Part shown: piece after piece, positions 9,571-18,886 of the stretch
Layout: each line of letters opens with the position of its first letter
Numbering within the stretch: the stretch's first letter is position 1
Assembly (NCBI RefSeq): GCF_051097895.1
Contig: NZ_CP142525.1
Location: 1,830,001 to 1,862,000 of the forward strand
DNA length: 32,000 bases
From: Psychrobacter sp. HD31
Lineage (GTDB): Bacteria > Pseudomonadota > Gammaproteobacteria > Pseudomonadales > Moraxellaceae
Direction: 5' to 3'
Program-made: the position numbers and the translations under genes
The notes under the pieces: model-generated
Seen by the model: only the letters and a program-made list of their open reading frames with translations
What the model was told of the DNA's origin: nothing
The model's database searches: none

Positions 9571-9605
9571 AAAAACTCAATGGCAATTAACCATTGAGTT
9601 TTTTA
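9571..9605. terminator. bidirectional Rho-independent terminator (serves slyD on the minus strand)
   Basis: A 13-bp stem AAAAACTCAATGG (9571-9583) / CCATTGAGTTTTT (9591-9603) with a 7-nt loop. T-runs are present on both strands. Confidence 0.8.
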
Positions 9606-9688
9606 TATTATGCGACTTTTACAGTTGCAACATTAACTTATTAGCATCATGCAAATAACAACGTAAATTACAGCGCAAACCATAATGA

Positions 9689-10174
9689 TTAGTGCTGTAC
9701 GCCGCCCACACCATGGATATGACCGTGTGAAATTTCGTCTTCAGTTGCGGCACGTACTTCAGTAATTTCTACATCAAAATGAAGAGTTTTGCCAGCAAGT
9801 GGGTGGTTTGCATCTACAGTTACCATCTCATCTGTTACTTCGGTAACCGTTACTAGCATGGTTTGACCGCCTGCTTCTGACTGAAACTGCATACCAACTT
9901 CAATATTGTCAACACCCTGAAAGTTTTCACGTGGTACTTGTTGTACCGCTTGCTCTTGGTATTCACCGTAAGCTTCTTCTGGCGTTACGGTGGCGACTAG
10001 TGTTTCACCAGCTGATTTGCCTTCTAGTTGTTTTTCTAAACCTGGGATAATGTTGCCATGACCATGTAGATAAGCCAGTGGTTGACCTTCTGGTGACTGA
10101 TCAATGACGTTACCTTCATCATCTTTTAAAGTGTAGCTAAAAAATGCAGCAGAATCTTTTGCAATTGTTGTCAT
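9689..10174 (-). CDS. slyD: FKBP-type peptidyl-prolyl cis-trans isomerase SlyD
   Basis: The internal ATG at 10174 is preceded by AGGAAT. The 23 upstream codons are a low-complexity F/L/I run in AT-rich DNA. The 161-aa protein has FKBP/IF-domain motifs (LAYLHGHGNIIPGLE, HPLAGKTL.F.V.I) and a His/Gly-rich C-terminal tail. Confidence 0.88.
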   Translation of the reverse strand: MTTIAKDSAAFFSYTLKDDEGNVIDQSPEGQPLAYLHGHGNIIPGLEKQLEGKSAGETLVATVTPEEAYGEYQEQAVQQVPRENFQGVDNIEVGMQFQSEAGGQTMLVTVTEVTDEMVTVDANHPLAGKTLHFDVEITEVRAATEDEISHGHIHGVGGVQH

Positions 10175-10487
10175 ATTTATTCCTAAAATTAAAAAGTAAA
10201 AATTTAAAATAAACCAAAAAGTGAAAGTAAACTGCTTATTCAAGATTATAGTTTATTGGCTTGGTTATTAGATTGAGATGATACGAAGTGGTTTCAAGTC
10301 AAAACTAAAATAATTATTAAATTTTCGGGTTAAATTTAGCTTGATGGGCAGGCTATTTAACTTAAATAGTTAAATACTTTGTTTAAGCTTAAAAAATCTT
10401 GGTTAATGATGAGCATTTGCAAACTCGTAAACTTGGGGATACTATTAAACCAATATTAATAACATAGCATAATTTTTAGAGATTTTT

Positions 10488-12305
10488 ATGACAAGCATAG
10501 ACTACCAGCTGAGTTTTGAACGTTACAATGAACATTTAGTAGATGTTGCTATTAATTTTGAGACAAAAAATAAAGCGCCAATCGTTTGGTTACCTTCATG
10601 GCTGGCTGGCAGTTATTTGATGCGTGAGTTTGCGCGCAATATCACAGCGGTTTATTATCAGGTGGATGGTGAAACCCATAAGGCGGATAAGCTTAGCAAA
10701 AATGAATGGCAATTAACCCAAGCAAAAAAAGGCGATAAATTAACCATTAATTATGAGGTGTATTGTTATGACTTATCTGTCAGAGCAGCTTATGTAGACA
10801 ATATGCGCATTTTTGGTAATTTTAGTTCGCTGGCATTGGCAATTGATGGGCAAGCAGATACCCAAATTAGTTTAGCTTTATCTGTGCCACTGGCATTTTA
10901 TGCGAATAAAAAAGATGTGAAGATAGCATTTGGTTTGCAAGTGGCAGAGGTAAACACAGAGACGGCTCATATTTATCATGCAAAAGCGTTAAATTATGAT
11001 GCTTTAATAGATTATCCTTTTGAGATTGCTGAGCAAACTCACTTTTGCTTCACAACAACCGACAATAACGGTAAGCAAATACCGCACCGTTTTTATATTT
11101 CTGGGCAGCATAGTACCGATGTTACCCGCCTAAAAACAGACATACAAAAAATATGCCAAACTTATAATAATTGGTTGGGTGATACACCTTTTGCTGATTA
11201 TACGTTTTTAACCTTTGCCAGTGGTAATGATTATGGTGGACTTGAACATATTAACTCAACGGCGTTAATTACCCCCAGAGATGACTTACCGAGTTTTGAT
11301 GAGCCAGCTCAGCCAAGTGATGCTTATCAAAGGTTTTTAGGGCTTTGTAGTCATGAATACTTTCATGCTTGGTGGGTTAAAACCGTGCGTCCAGATGTGA
11401 TGATGGGTGTTGACTTGCGTCAAGAGGCCTATACGCCGCTATTGTGGGTATTTGAAGGATTTACATCGTATATTGATGACTTTATGCTACAAGCCAGTGG
11501 GGTGGTAAGTAAAGCAAGCTACTTAAAATTGTTAACGACCCAAATCAATCGTTATAACCAAACGGCAGGACGTTATCTACAATCTGTTGCTGAGTCTAGC
11601 TTTGATGCTTGGATTAAATTATACCGAGGTGATGAAAATACAGGCAACGCTGGCATTAGTTATTACAACAAAGGGGCATTGGTTGCTTTGTGTTTGGATT
11701 TGTTGATGATTAATAAAACCGATGGAAAAAAGCGTTTGTTTGATGTGGTTAAGGCGTTTTATGCGTTAGCCAAACAAGCCGATAACCATCGTTTTGGCAT
11801 GAATGATACTAACCTTGCAAATGTTATGATAAGTTTTATTGGAGAAGCGGCATGGCAGGCGTTTTATGATAACTACATTATTGGTTTAAAACCGCTGCCG
11901 ATAGCTGAGCTTTTAGAACAAAATGGCATTCAGCTAAAAACTGATGGCATCTTAGCCAATACCTTGCCATGGGGTGTTATGGTTACCGAAGGTGCAAATG
12001 GGTTGGTTGTAAACAAAGTCAATCGCAATAGTGTTGCTAGCGAGGCAGGCATATCTGCAAAAGATGTGATTGTGGCAATTGATGGACTAAAAGCTAATAA
12101 AAAACAGTTAGAAAAAGTAACAAAACAGCAAATTGAGCATGATGAAGATGTTGTTTGTTATGCCTTTAGACGTGATGAACTTTTAGAGTTTAACGTAGCA
12201 AGCAAAACGCAAGCAGGGCAGTCTGCACGACCAACGTTGGGCAAAGCCGTGTTATTTATTCATGATACAGAGCAAGCAAACACTTGGTTAGATGTGAATC
12301 CCTAA
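10488..12305 (+). CDS. M61 family (glycyl aminopeptidase-like) zinc metallopeptidase with C-terminal PDZ domain
   Basis: The 605-aa protein has the zinc motif HEYFHAW (HExxH) with a downstream EGFTSY. A C-terminal PDZ-like segment is present (NSVASEAGISAKDVIVAIDG). Confidence 0.82.
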   Translation: MTSIDYQLSFERYNEHLVDVAINFETKNKAPIVWLPSWLAGSYLMREFARNITAVYYQVDGETHKADKLSKNEWQLTQAKKGDKLTINYEVYCYDLSVRAAYVDNMRIFGNFSSLALAIDGQADTQISLALSVPLAFYANKKDVKIAFGLQVAEVNTETAHIYHAKALNYDALIDYPFEIAEQTHFCFTTTDNNGKQIPHRFYISGQHSTDVTRLKTDIQKICQTYNNWLGDTPFADYTFLTFASGNDYGGLEHINSTALITPRDDLPSFDEPAQPSDAYQRFLGLCSHEYFHAWWVKTVRPDVMMGVDLRQEAYTPLLWVFEGFTSYIDDFMLQASGVVSKASYLKLLTTQINRYNQTAGRYLQSVAESSFDAWIKLYRGDENTGNAGISYYNKGALVALCLDLLMINKTDGKKRLFDVVKAFYALAKQADNHRFGMNDTNLANVMISFIGEAAWQAFYDNYIIGLKPLPIAELLEQNGIQLKTDGILANTLPWGVMVTEGANGLVVNKVNRNSVASEAGISAKDVIVAIDGLKANKKQLEKVTKQQIEHDEDVVCYAFRRDELLEFNVASKTQAGQSARPTLGKAVLFIHDTEQANTWLDVNP

Positions 12306-12603
12306 AAGTTTGTTGTAACTGTTGGTGATAAAGTAATCGCAGCAAATTGGCACCGATGGGAAAAGCTTGTTACTAAGTTGGTATGGAGGGATGACAAGTT
12401 ACAGAAAAATAAGGTTATTATGTTGCTATTGACTATGATCTGAAAATAGAAATTCAGTTGATAAAAACTTAACCAAAGCGTAATAGGAAATAGAGATATT
12501 GCTATGCTATTATCGTTATAGCAGAGTTGATTTAAGTTGTTGTGCTGAGTAATTTTAAATTTACCAATGTGTCATATAATGGATGTGAAACATGGAATAA
12601 GTC

Positions 12604-13260
12604 ATGCGAAAAATCATCAACATACTACTAAAAATGCTGCTTGCTATTCTTGCCACTTTAATTATTTACTTTGTGGTAGCATTGAGTTTATCTGCCATAA
12701 CTGTTGAGCGACCTAACCCACTACCTACCAAAGAATTAACTAAAAAAATCTATATACATACCAATGGAGTGCATTTGGATATTGCGATGCACAAACAAGA
12801 TGTTGCCCCAGAACTGATGAGTGGACTTTTGTTAAAGCCAAATAAAGCGTATGTGTCTTTTGGGTGGGGCGATGAAAATTTTTATTTGAATACGCCAACA
12901 TGGGGTGACTTAACGGTTAAAACAGCAATGACAGCCTTGTTTTTAGACAGTGAAGGCTTAATGCATGTCAAGCATTTTGACGCACCAAAAAAAGATTGGA
13001 AAACGGTGGCAGTAAGCGAGGCTGAGCTTGCCAAAATTAATCACTACTTAAATGCATCGTTTGCGGTAGATAAAAATGGCAATAAAATGATTTTAGCGGG
13101 TCAGGGGTTTACGCCAACAGATGATTTTTATAAAGCAAATGGTCGCTACTCCTTATTTAATACTTGTAATACATGGGTAAATACAGGGTTTAAACAAAGT
13201 GGATTAAAAGCGAGTTTGTGGACTCCATTTGATTTTGGGCTATTAAATAAATATGAATAA
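12604..13260 (+). CDS. DUF2459 / TIGR02117 family protein, N-terminal membrane anchor
   Basis: The 218-aa protein has an N-terminal TM or signal segment. Family-typical motifs as I recall them are NGVHLDI, FGWGDENFY and YSLFNTCNTW. Confidence 0.65.
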   Translation: MRKIINILLKMLLAILATLIIYFVVALSLSAITVERPNPLPTKELTKKIYIHTNGVHLDIAMHKQDVAPELMSGLLLKPNKAYVSFGWGDENFYLNTPTWGDLTVKTAMTALFLDSEGLMHVKHFDAPKKDWKTVAVSEAELAKINHYLNASFAVDKNGNKMILAGQGFTPTDDFYKANGRYSLFNTCNTWVNTGFKQSGLKASLWTPFDFGLLNKYE

Positions 13261-13269
13261 GCTTTAATG

Positions 13270-13286
13270 GACGCTATCAAAGCGTC
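13270..13286. terminator. short hairpin between convergent DUF2459 and rluE genes (possible terminator)
   Basis: GACGCT (13270-13275) / AGCGTC (13281-13286) form a 6-bp stem with a 5-nt loop. There is no clear U-run. Confidence 0.3.
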
Positions 13287-13321
13287 TAGCCTAAAATTGG
13301 TTACATTTAGTGTGCGTTTGC

Positions 13322-13954
13322 TTATTTCACGCCTAATTGTTTTAACTTGTTGTGATTTAAATGCACTCGTATAAATTCACCGACACCAAGGTTACCCAAC
13401 TCAAAGCCAGCAACTGACCATCTAATTAAGCGTAAACAGGGTAAACCAACGTGTGCCGTCATACGACGAACTTGTCGATTCTTACCTTCATAAATGGTTA
13501 ACATTAACCAAGCCGTTGGTACGTTTTTACGTTCTCGTATGGGTGGGTTGCGTTGCCAAAGTGGCATGGGCAATGCGTCTTCGTTAAATTGTTGTACCTT
13601 AGCTGGTAACGTTTTACCATCTTTTAGCACAACCCCTTTAGCAAGCTCAGCAAGTTGTTTGGCAGTGGGAGAACCTTCTACTTGTACTAAATAGGTTTTA
13701 CCTTGTTTATGTTGGTTGAGGCTTGGAGGATGGGTAATAATTTTATTAATTTTGCCACCAACTTTGTCATTGTGTGTGAGTATTAATAAACCTTCACTTG
13801 TGGCGTCTAACCTGCCGGCAATGCGTAGGGATTTATCAGTAAAATAGTCTGCTAGGGTAGCATGGTTGTTGCCTGCATCATTTCTAAATTGGCTTTGTAC
13901 GCCATAAGGTTTATTGAATAAGATGATGGCAGGACTGTTGTTAGATTTTGACAT
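13322..13954 (-). CDS. rluE: 23S rRNA pseudouridine synthase RluE (RsuA/RluE family, no S4 domain)
   Basis: The 210-aa protein has motifs ILFNKPYGV, AGRLDATSEGLLILT, YLVQVEG, RNPPIRERK and EGKNRQVRRMTAHVG, which closely parallel E. coli RluE as recalled. Confidence 0.85.
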   Translation of the reverse strand: MSKSNNSPAIILFNKPYGVQSQFRNDAGNNHATLADYFTDKSLRIAGRLDATSEGLLILTHNDKVGGKINKIITHPPSLNQHKQGKTYLVQVEGSPTAKQLAELAKGVVLKDGKTLPAKVQQFNEDALPMPLWQRNPPIRERKNVPTAWLMLTIYEGKNRQVRRMTAHVGLPCLRLIRWSVAGFELGNLGVGEFIRVHLNHNKLKQLGVK

Positions 13955-14246
13955 GAAAGATGCTAGTAAAAGGCTAAAATTATTTAAATTTTGTTTTTTT
14001 GCTTTAAAAAAGTCAATAACATTTTCTAAATAAATGAATTCAAAAACTATATAACAAAGAAAAATTATCAGTTGCGCTGACTTTTAGTTACTATATAGTC
14101 ACATTTTTTTATTATGAATAAAAAAACTTAAATTTTATTTTTTGCTCTATCTTTGTTGTGCAATTTACATGGAATGTAATAAAAATAGTTGTATAACGAT
14201 TACCCATTATCAATTTTTAAATTCTGAAACATAATTGGAGTCCTAA

Positions 14247-15500
14247 ATGGCTTATGAGAAAGTAACTGTACCTACCGAGGGTGCAAAAATCACAGTAAAT
14301 GATGACCTATCTTTAAACGTACCAAACAATCCAATCATCCCATTTATTGAAGGGGATGGTATTGGTGCAGACATTACGCCTGTTATGATTAAAGTAGTAG
14401 ATTCAGCTGTAGAAAAAGCATATGGTGGTGACAAAAAAATCAGCTGGATGGAAACCTACTGTGGTGAAAAAGCGTCAAATATTTATGATGGCAACTACTT
14501 CCCAGAAGAGACTTTAGAAGTCTTAAAAGAATTTGCGGTAAGTATCAAAGGTCCACTAACCACACCAGTTGGTGGGGGATTCCGCTCATTAAATGTGGCA
14601 TTACGTCAACAACTAGACTTATTTGTTTGCCAACGCCCAGTTCGTTGGTTTGAAGGTGTGCCAAGCCCAGTAAAAGAGCCAGGTAAAACAGACATGGTAA
14701 TCTTCCGTGAAAACTCAGAAGATATTTACTGTGGTATTGAATGGCAATCTAATACAGAAGATGCTAAAAAACTGATTGAGTTTTTACAAAATGAAATGGG
14801 TGTAACTAAAATCCGTTTTCCAGAAGATTGTGGTATCGGTGTTAAGCCAGTGTCTAAACAAGGTACGCAGCGTTTGGTACAAAAAGCGATTCAACACGCA
14901 ATCGATAATGACTTGCCAAGTGTTACTATTGTACACAAAGGTAATATCATGAAGTTTACCGAAGGCTCGTTTAAAGATTGGGGCTATGAGCTTGCAGCTG
15001 AAGCCTTTGGCGCTGAGTTGTTAGATGGCGGACCTTGGATGACAATGAAAAATCCAAAAACTGGTAATGAAATCATCATTAAAGACGTGATTGCTGATGC
15101 CTTCTTACAACAGATCCTTCTTCGCCCAGATGAGTATTCTGTGATTGCAACGCTAAACTTAAATGGTGACTACATTTCTGATGCGCTAGCGGCACAAGTT
15201 GGTGGTATCGGTATTGCACCAGGCGCTAACAAAGCAGAAAAAGTGGCAGTTTATGAAGCAACACACGGCACAGCACCTAAATATGCTGGTCAAGATAAAG
15301 TAAACCCAGGTTCATTAATCTTGTCTGCAGAAATGATGCTGCGTGACATGGGGTGGACAGAAGCTGCTGACCTTATTATTAAGGGTATTGAAGGTGCCAT
15401 TGCTAAAAAGACAGTGACTTATGACTTTGAGCGTTTGATGGATAATGCAACCTTGCTAAGCTGCTCTGAGTTTGGTGATGCAATGATTGCAGAAATGTAA
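14247..15500 (+). CDS. icd: NADP-dependent isocitrate dehydrogenase (homodimeric type)
   Basis: A TGGAG SD precedes the start. The 417-aa protein carries Icd signatures ([54 protein letters not shown]). Confidence 0.95.
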   Translation: MAYEKVTVPTEGAKITVNDDLSLNVPNNPIIPFIEGDGIGADITPVMIKVVDSAVEKAYGGDKKISWMETYCGEKASNIYDGNYFPEETLEVLKEFAVSIKGPLTTPVGGGFRSLNVALRQQLDLFVCQRPVRWFEGVPSPVKEPGKTDMVIFRENSEDIYCGIEWQSNTEDAKKLIEFLQNEMGVTKIRFPEDCGIGVKPVSKQGTQRLVQKAIQHAIDNDLPSVTIVHKGNIMKFTEGSFKDWGYELAAEAFGAELLDGGPWMTMKNPKTGNEIIIKDVIADAFLQQILLRPDEYSVIATLNLNGDYISDALAAQVGGIGIAPGANKAEKVAVYEATHGTAPKYAGQDKVNPGSLILSAEMMLRDMGWTEAADLIIKGIEGAIAKKTVTYDFERLMDNATLLSCSEFGDAMIAEM

Positions 15501-15520
15501 TCTCGCATTGCAAAAAAATT

Positions 15521-15553
15521 AAACCCTCGCTATCTTGTAGTGGGGGTTTTTTA
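15521..15553 (+). terminator. Rho-independent terminator of icd
   Basis: The stem is AAACCCTCGCTA / TAGTGGGGGTTT and includes G-U pairs. It is followed by TTTTTT. Confidence 0.65.
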
Positions 15554-15650
15554 TTGCAGATAAATATACCAAAAAATAAAATCAACAAGCATTTGAGTCT
15601 TTGGGCTTTAATGTGGATAATATAAACCAACATTACACAAATAATCATAC

Positions 15651-16157
15651 ATGACGACGCATTTAGATAATAACAAAAGACGTGATAATACGATGCTACC
15701 AAATAAATTAGCTCACTGGTTGACGGCCAGCGGTTCATTAACCGCTTTATTAGAAAACAAAGCTGGGCAACCACTAAGAGTTGTGCGTACTTTTGAAGGG
15801 TTTAAACCGCTAAATCTTACTCAAAAAAAACAAATAGGTTTAACAGGGCAGGCATTAAATCGTCCTTTAATGGCATGGGTACGAGAAGTCTTGTTATATG
15901 GAGATGATGCGACTCCTTGGATTGCAGCGCAAAGTATATTCCCCCAAAAAAGCTTGCAAGGTAATGCAAAACGGCTCAAGCACCTAAAAAATACCCCCAT
16001 TGGTTATGTATTGTTTAAACGTCAAACGAAGCTCCCTAATACGCGCACAATTACAAATACAACAGAAGGTTGGCAACGGCAAACTTTATATCATTGGCAG
16101 GGTAGACCAATTTTAATAGCGGAAACCTTTTTGCAAGCGTTTGAAAATACTCTATAA
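15651..16157 (+). CDS. ubiC: chorismate pyruvate-lyase
   Basis: The protein parallels E. coli UbiC blocks: [23 protein letters not shown] vs [33 protein letters not shown] vs LGKTPLGRYLF, and [11 protein letters not shown] vs GKPLLLTELFL. The start is uncertain; ATG 15693 is an alternative and neither has a good SD. Confidence 0.8.
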   Translation: [168 protein letters not shown]

Positions 16158-16301
16158 CATACACGCTCATCTTCTTAATTAATAGATATTCAAACTTTGT
16201 AAATAATTTGATGTAAAAGCATCAAAATCATATAAAAAAAACAAGTGTTCATGTTAAACTTGTTCTAATTTTTCATTTAAATCACTTTTTAAGGATGTGT
16301 T

Positions 16302-17558
16302 ATGTTTAAAAATATTTCTATCAAAGAATTTGACCCAGCATTATCTCAAGCAATGGAAGCCGAGTCATTACGTCAAGAAGAGCATATTGAGCTGATTGCT
16401 TCAGAAAACTATTGTTCACAGGCGGTGATGGAAGCACAAGGTAGTGATTTAACCAATAAGTATGCCGAAGGCTATCCTAACAAACGATATTATGGCGGTT
16501 GTGAGTATGTCGATGTGGTTGAGCAGCTAGCAATTGACCGTGCAAAAGCGTTATTTGGTGCAGAATATGCCAATGTACAGCCACACTCTGGTAGCTCTGC
16601 TAACTCTGCGGTATACCTTGCTTTGTTAGATGCAGGGGATACAGTTTTGGGTATGAGCTTAGATGCGGGTGGTCATTTAACGCATGGCTCACATGTTAAC
16701 TTTTCTGGCATCAACTATAAAGCTGTACAGTATGGATTAGATGAATCAACTGGTTTAATTGATTACGATCAAGTTGCCCAATTGGCAGCAGAGCATAAGC
16801 CAAAAATGATTTTGGCTGGTTTCTCAGCGTATTCTCAAGTGGTAGATTGGGCAAAGTTCCGTGAAATCGCTGATAGCGTGGGTGCTTATTTGTTTGTTGA
16901 TATGGCACACGTTGCTGGGCTTGTTGCAGCTGGTGTGTATCCAAACCCAGTACCATTTGCAGATGTGGTTACAACAACCACCCACAAAACTTTGCGTGGC
17001 CCTCGTTCTGGTTTGATTTTATCACGTGATGATGTGTTGGCTAAAAAGCTAAACTCTGCTGTATTCCCTGGTAGTCAGGGCGGTCCTTTAATGCATGCTG
17101 TTGCTGCTAAAGCAGTGTGTTTTAAAGAGGCATTAAGTGATGATTTTAAAGCTTATCAACAGCAAGTTGCTAAAAATGCTCAGGCAATGAGTGATGTGAT
17201 TACTCAGCGAGGATATGAAGTTGTATCTGGCGGCACAAAAAACCATTTAATGCTGATTAGCTTAATTAAGCAAGAAGTAACAGGTAAAGAAGCAGATAAG
17301 TGGTTGGGTGATGCATTTATTACAGTTAATAAAAACTCAGTACCAAATGATCCTAAATCACCTTTTGTTACATCAGGTATCCGTATTGGCACGCCAGCAG
17401 TAACAACGCGTGGTTTTAAAGAAGAACAAGTTGCTGAGTTGGCTGGTTGGATTTGTGATGTTATTGATAGCAAAGGCGATGAAGCAGTGATTACAGCAAC
17501 GCGTGAAAAAGTTAAAGCGTTGTGTGCTAACTTCCCTGTTTATGAAAAAAATCAATAA
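16302..17558 (+). CDS. glyA: serine hydroxymethyltransferase
   Basis: An AAGGA SD precedes the start. The 418-aa protein carries SHMT signatures ([19 protein letters not shown], the [15 protein letters not shown]-lysine motif). Confidence 0.97.
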   Translation: MFKNISIKEFDPALSQAMEAESLRQEEHIELIASENYCSQAVMEAQGSDLTNKYAEGYPNKRYYGGCEYVDVVEQLAIDRAKALFGAEYANVQPHSGSSANSAVYLALLDAGDTVLGMSLDAGGHLTHGSHVNFSGINYKAVQYGLDESTGLIDYDQVAQLAAEHKPKMILAGFSAYSQVVDWAKFREIADSVGAYLFVDMAHVAGLVAAGVYPNPVPFADVVTTTTHKTLRGPRSGLILSRDDVLAKKLNSAVFPGSQGGPLMHAVAAKAVCFKEALSDDFKAYQQQVAKNAQAMSDVITQRGYEVVSGGTKNHLMLISLIKQEVTGKEADKWLGDAFITVNKNSVPNDPKSPFVTSGIRIGTPAVTTRGFKEEQVAELAGWICDVIDSKGDEAVITATREKVKALCANFPVYEKNQ

Positions 17559-17590
17559 GCGCATTAAGCAATAATTTTAATATAAGTTTT

Positions 17591-17628
17591 AAAACCAGTT
17601 TATCTTTAAAAAGATAGGCTGGTTTTTT
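17591..17628 (+). terminator. Rho-independent terminator of glyA
   Basis: The stem is AAAACCAG..TATCT / AGATA..CTGGTTTT, followed by TTTTTT. Confidence 0.75.
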
Positions 17629-17861
17629 AATGGAAGCATTATAACAAAAGGCTTATAAAACCATAAAAATATTAATAATATAAAAAGCAAAATTTTTTAA
17701 TTATACAGATTTAATAACTAAAAGATAGTTTTACTTACATAAAGTTACAAATAAATTGGGCTTCTGATTTGCATTGATAAAAAAAATATGAGAAATTGGA
17801 GTCATGCAGATAAGGATATCGGCATCAGAAAGTTAAATACAAGAGCTAAATATTGGACTCA

Positions 17862-17901
17862 AACATTTGTAAACTGTTCTGTAAATAGGTTTACAAATGT
17901 T
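17862..17901. promoter_or_regulatory. perfect 13-bp inverted repeat upstream of hpf (operator or 5'-leader stem-loop)
   Basis: AACATTTGTAAAC (17862-17874) and GTTTACAAATGTT (17889-17901) are exact reverse complements separated by 14 nt. The repeat ends 44 nt before the hpf ATG. Confidence 0.5.
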
Positions 17902-17945
17902 AATGCTCTTACCCAAAAGCGACATTTTATACAAGGAGTAACCTT

Positions 17946-18326
17946 ATGAATATCTCGATTAGTGGTCACCATATTTCTATCACAAATGGTATGAAAGCAG
18001 CTGTGATGGATAAACTAAATAGAGTTGAGCGTCGATTCGACCAAATTCAAAGTATTAAGGTAATCCTGTCTCTGGATAATCATCATAGTGAAACCAGCCA
18101 TGCAGGTCACCATAACCATAAAGCAGAAGCGATTATGCGCGTAGCAGGGCATGAGATGTTTGTAAGCGTGTCGCAAGATGATATGTATCAGGCTATTAAT
18201 GAGATGGCTGATAAACTGGATAGACAAGCACGAAAGTATAAAACAAAATTAGATCGAAAAAGTCGGGCAAGTAAGCGTTTGCGTTTAAAAAGTTATCGTA
18301 CGGATGATTATGCAATGGCAGTATAA
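17946..18326 (+). CDS. hpf: ribosome hibernation promoting factor / RaiA-family ribosome-associated inhibitor
   Basis: An AAGGAG SD precedes the start. The N-terminus MNISISGHHISITNGMKAAVMDKLNRVERRF and the segment DDMYQAINEMADKLDRQARKYK match the HPF/YfiA fold pattern. The 126-aa protein has a His-rich insertion and a basic C-terminal tail. Confidence 0.88.
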   Translation: MNISISGHHISITNGMKAAVMDKLNRVERRFDQIQSIKVILSLDNHHSETSHAGHHNHKAEAIMRVAGHEMFVSVSQDDMYQAINEMADKLDRQARKYKTKLDRKSRASKRLRLKSYRTDDYAMAV

Positions 18327-18351
18327 AACATTGACTGTTTGATTTGAATTA

Positions 18352-18387
18352 AAAAACCGATGGTTCAATGACCATCGGTTTTATTTT
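18352..18387. terminator. bidirectional Rho-independent terminator between convergent hpf and the DUF423 gene
   Basis: The stem is AAAACCGATGGT / ACCATCGGTTTT with a 6-nt loop. An A-run lies upstream and a T-run downstream. Confidence 0.8.
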
Positions 18388-18405
18388 AACGATATAAAAT
18401 ATATT

Positions 18406-18765
18406 TTAATTGTTTTTAAATGCCACAATGGCTAAGCAAACCCAACCGGCAATCATAAACAAGCCACCCATTGGTGTTATTGCCCCAAACCAACGAGGTG
18501 CACCCAACGCCATTAAATATAAGCTGCCTGCAAATAAAATAATACCGACTTGCAATAGCCATGCAGGTAACTGGTTAAACCCAAAATATTTTATTAACAC
18601 ACCTATTAGCAATAAACCAAGTGCATGGAAAAAGAAGTAAAGCGTACCAGTTTGCCACCAAGCTAACTGCTCAGGGTTTGCGACTGATTTTAAACCGTGG
18701 GCACCAAATGCACCTAAGGCAACGGCACTGGCTAAGTTTAAGGCGGCTATTGCTATCCAGTTCAT
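18406..18765 (-). CDS. DUF423 domain membrane protein (YgdD/TMEM256 family)
   Basis: The 119-aa protein has 4 predicted TM helices and the family-typical GAFGAHGLK motif near the N-terminus. Confidence 0.8.
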   Translation of the reverse strand: MNWIAIAALNLASAVALGAFGAHGLKSVANPEQLAWWQTGTLYFFFHALGLLLIGVLIKYFGFNQLPAWLLQVGIILFAGSLYLMALGAPRWFGAITPMGGLFMIAGWVCLAIVAFKNN

Positions 18766-18886
18766 TTTTTTCTCAATTATAATAATGTTGTTTTATCGTG
18801 CTGCTAAATTTATTGAAGCAGGGGCGTATCATAAAAAAGAAGTTTAACAGGTTTTTGGGTTACAAATCGGCACGAATATAAGTTAA

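Noticed and set aside
10353-10369. AT-rich palindromes in intergenic regions: CTATTTAAcTTAAATAG at 10353-10369, ACTATATAGT near 14090, ATCATATGAT at 30723-30732, and AACAAGT/ACTTGTT at 16240-16264 upstream of glyA.
   Set aside because: They are short, at most 8-bp arms, and made of A/T-rich sequence in AT-rich spacers where such symmetry is frequent by chance. They match no known operator consensus that I can name.
15403-15774. A 123-aa minus-strand ORF spanning the icd 3' end, the icd terminator and the ubiC start.
   Set aside because: It overlaps two supported plus-strand genes and a terminator hairpin. The sequence is Cys/Leu/Ile-rich nonsense typical of AT-rich antisense frames.
15651-16157. 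ubiC without the usual adjacent ubiA; glyA follows instead.
   Set aside because: Gene order varies between lineages, and ubiA may simply lie elsewhere. This is not evidence of anything unusual without the whole genome.
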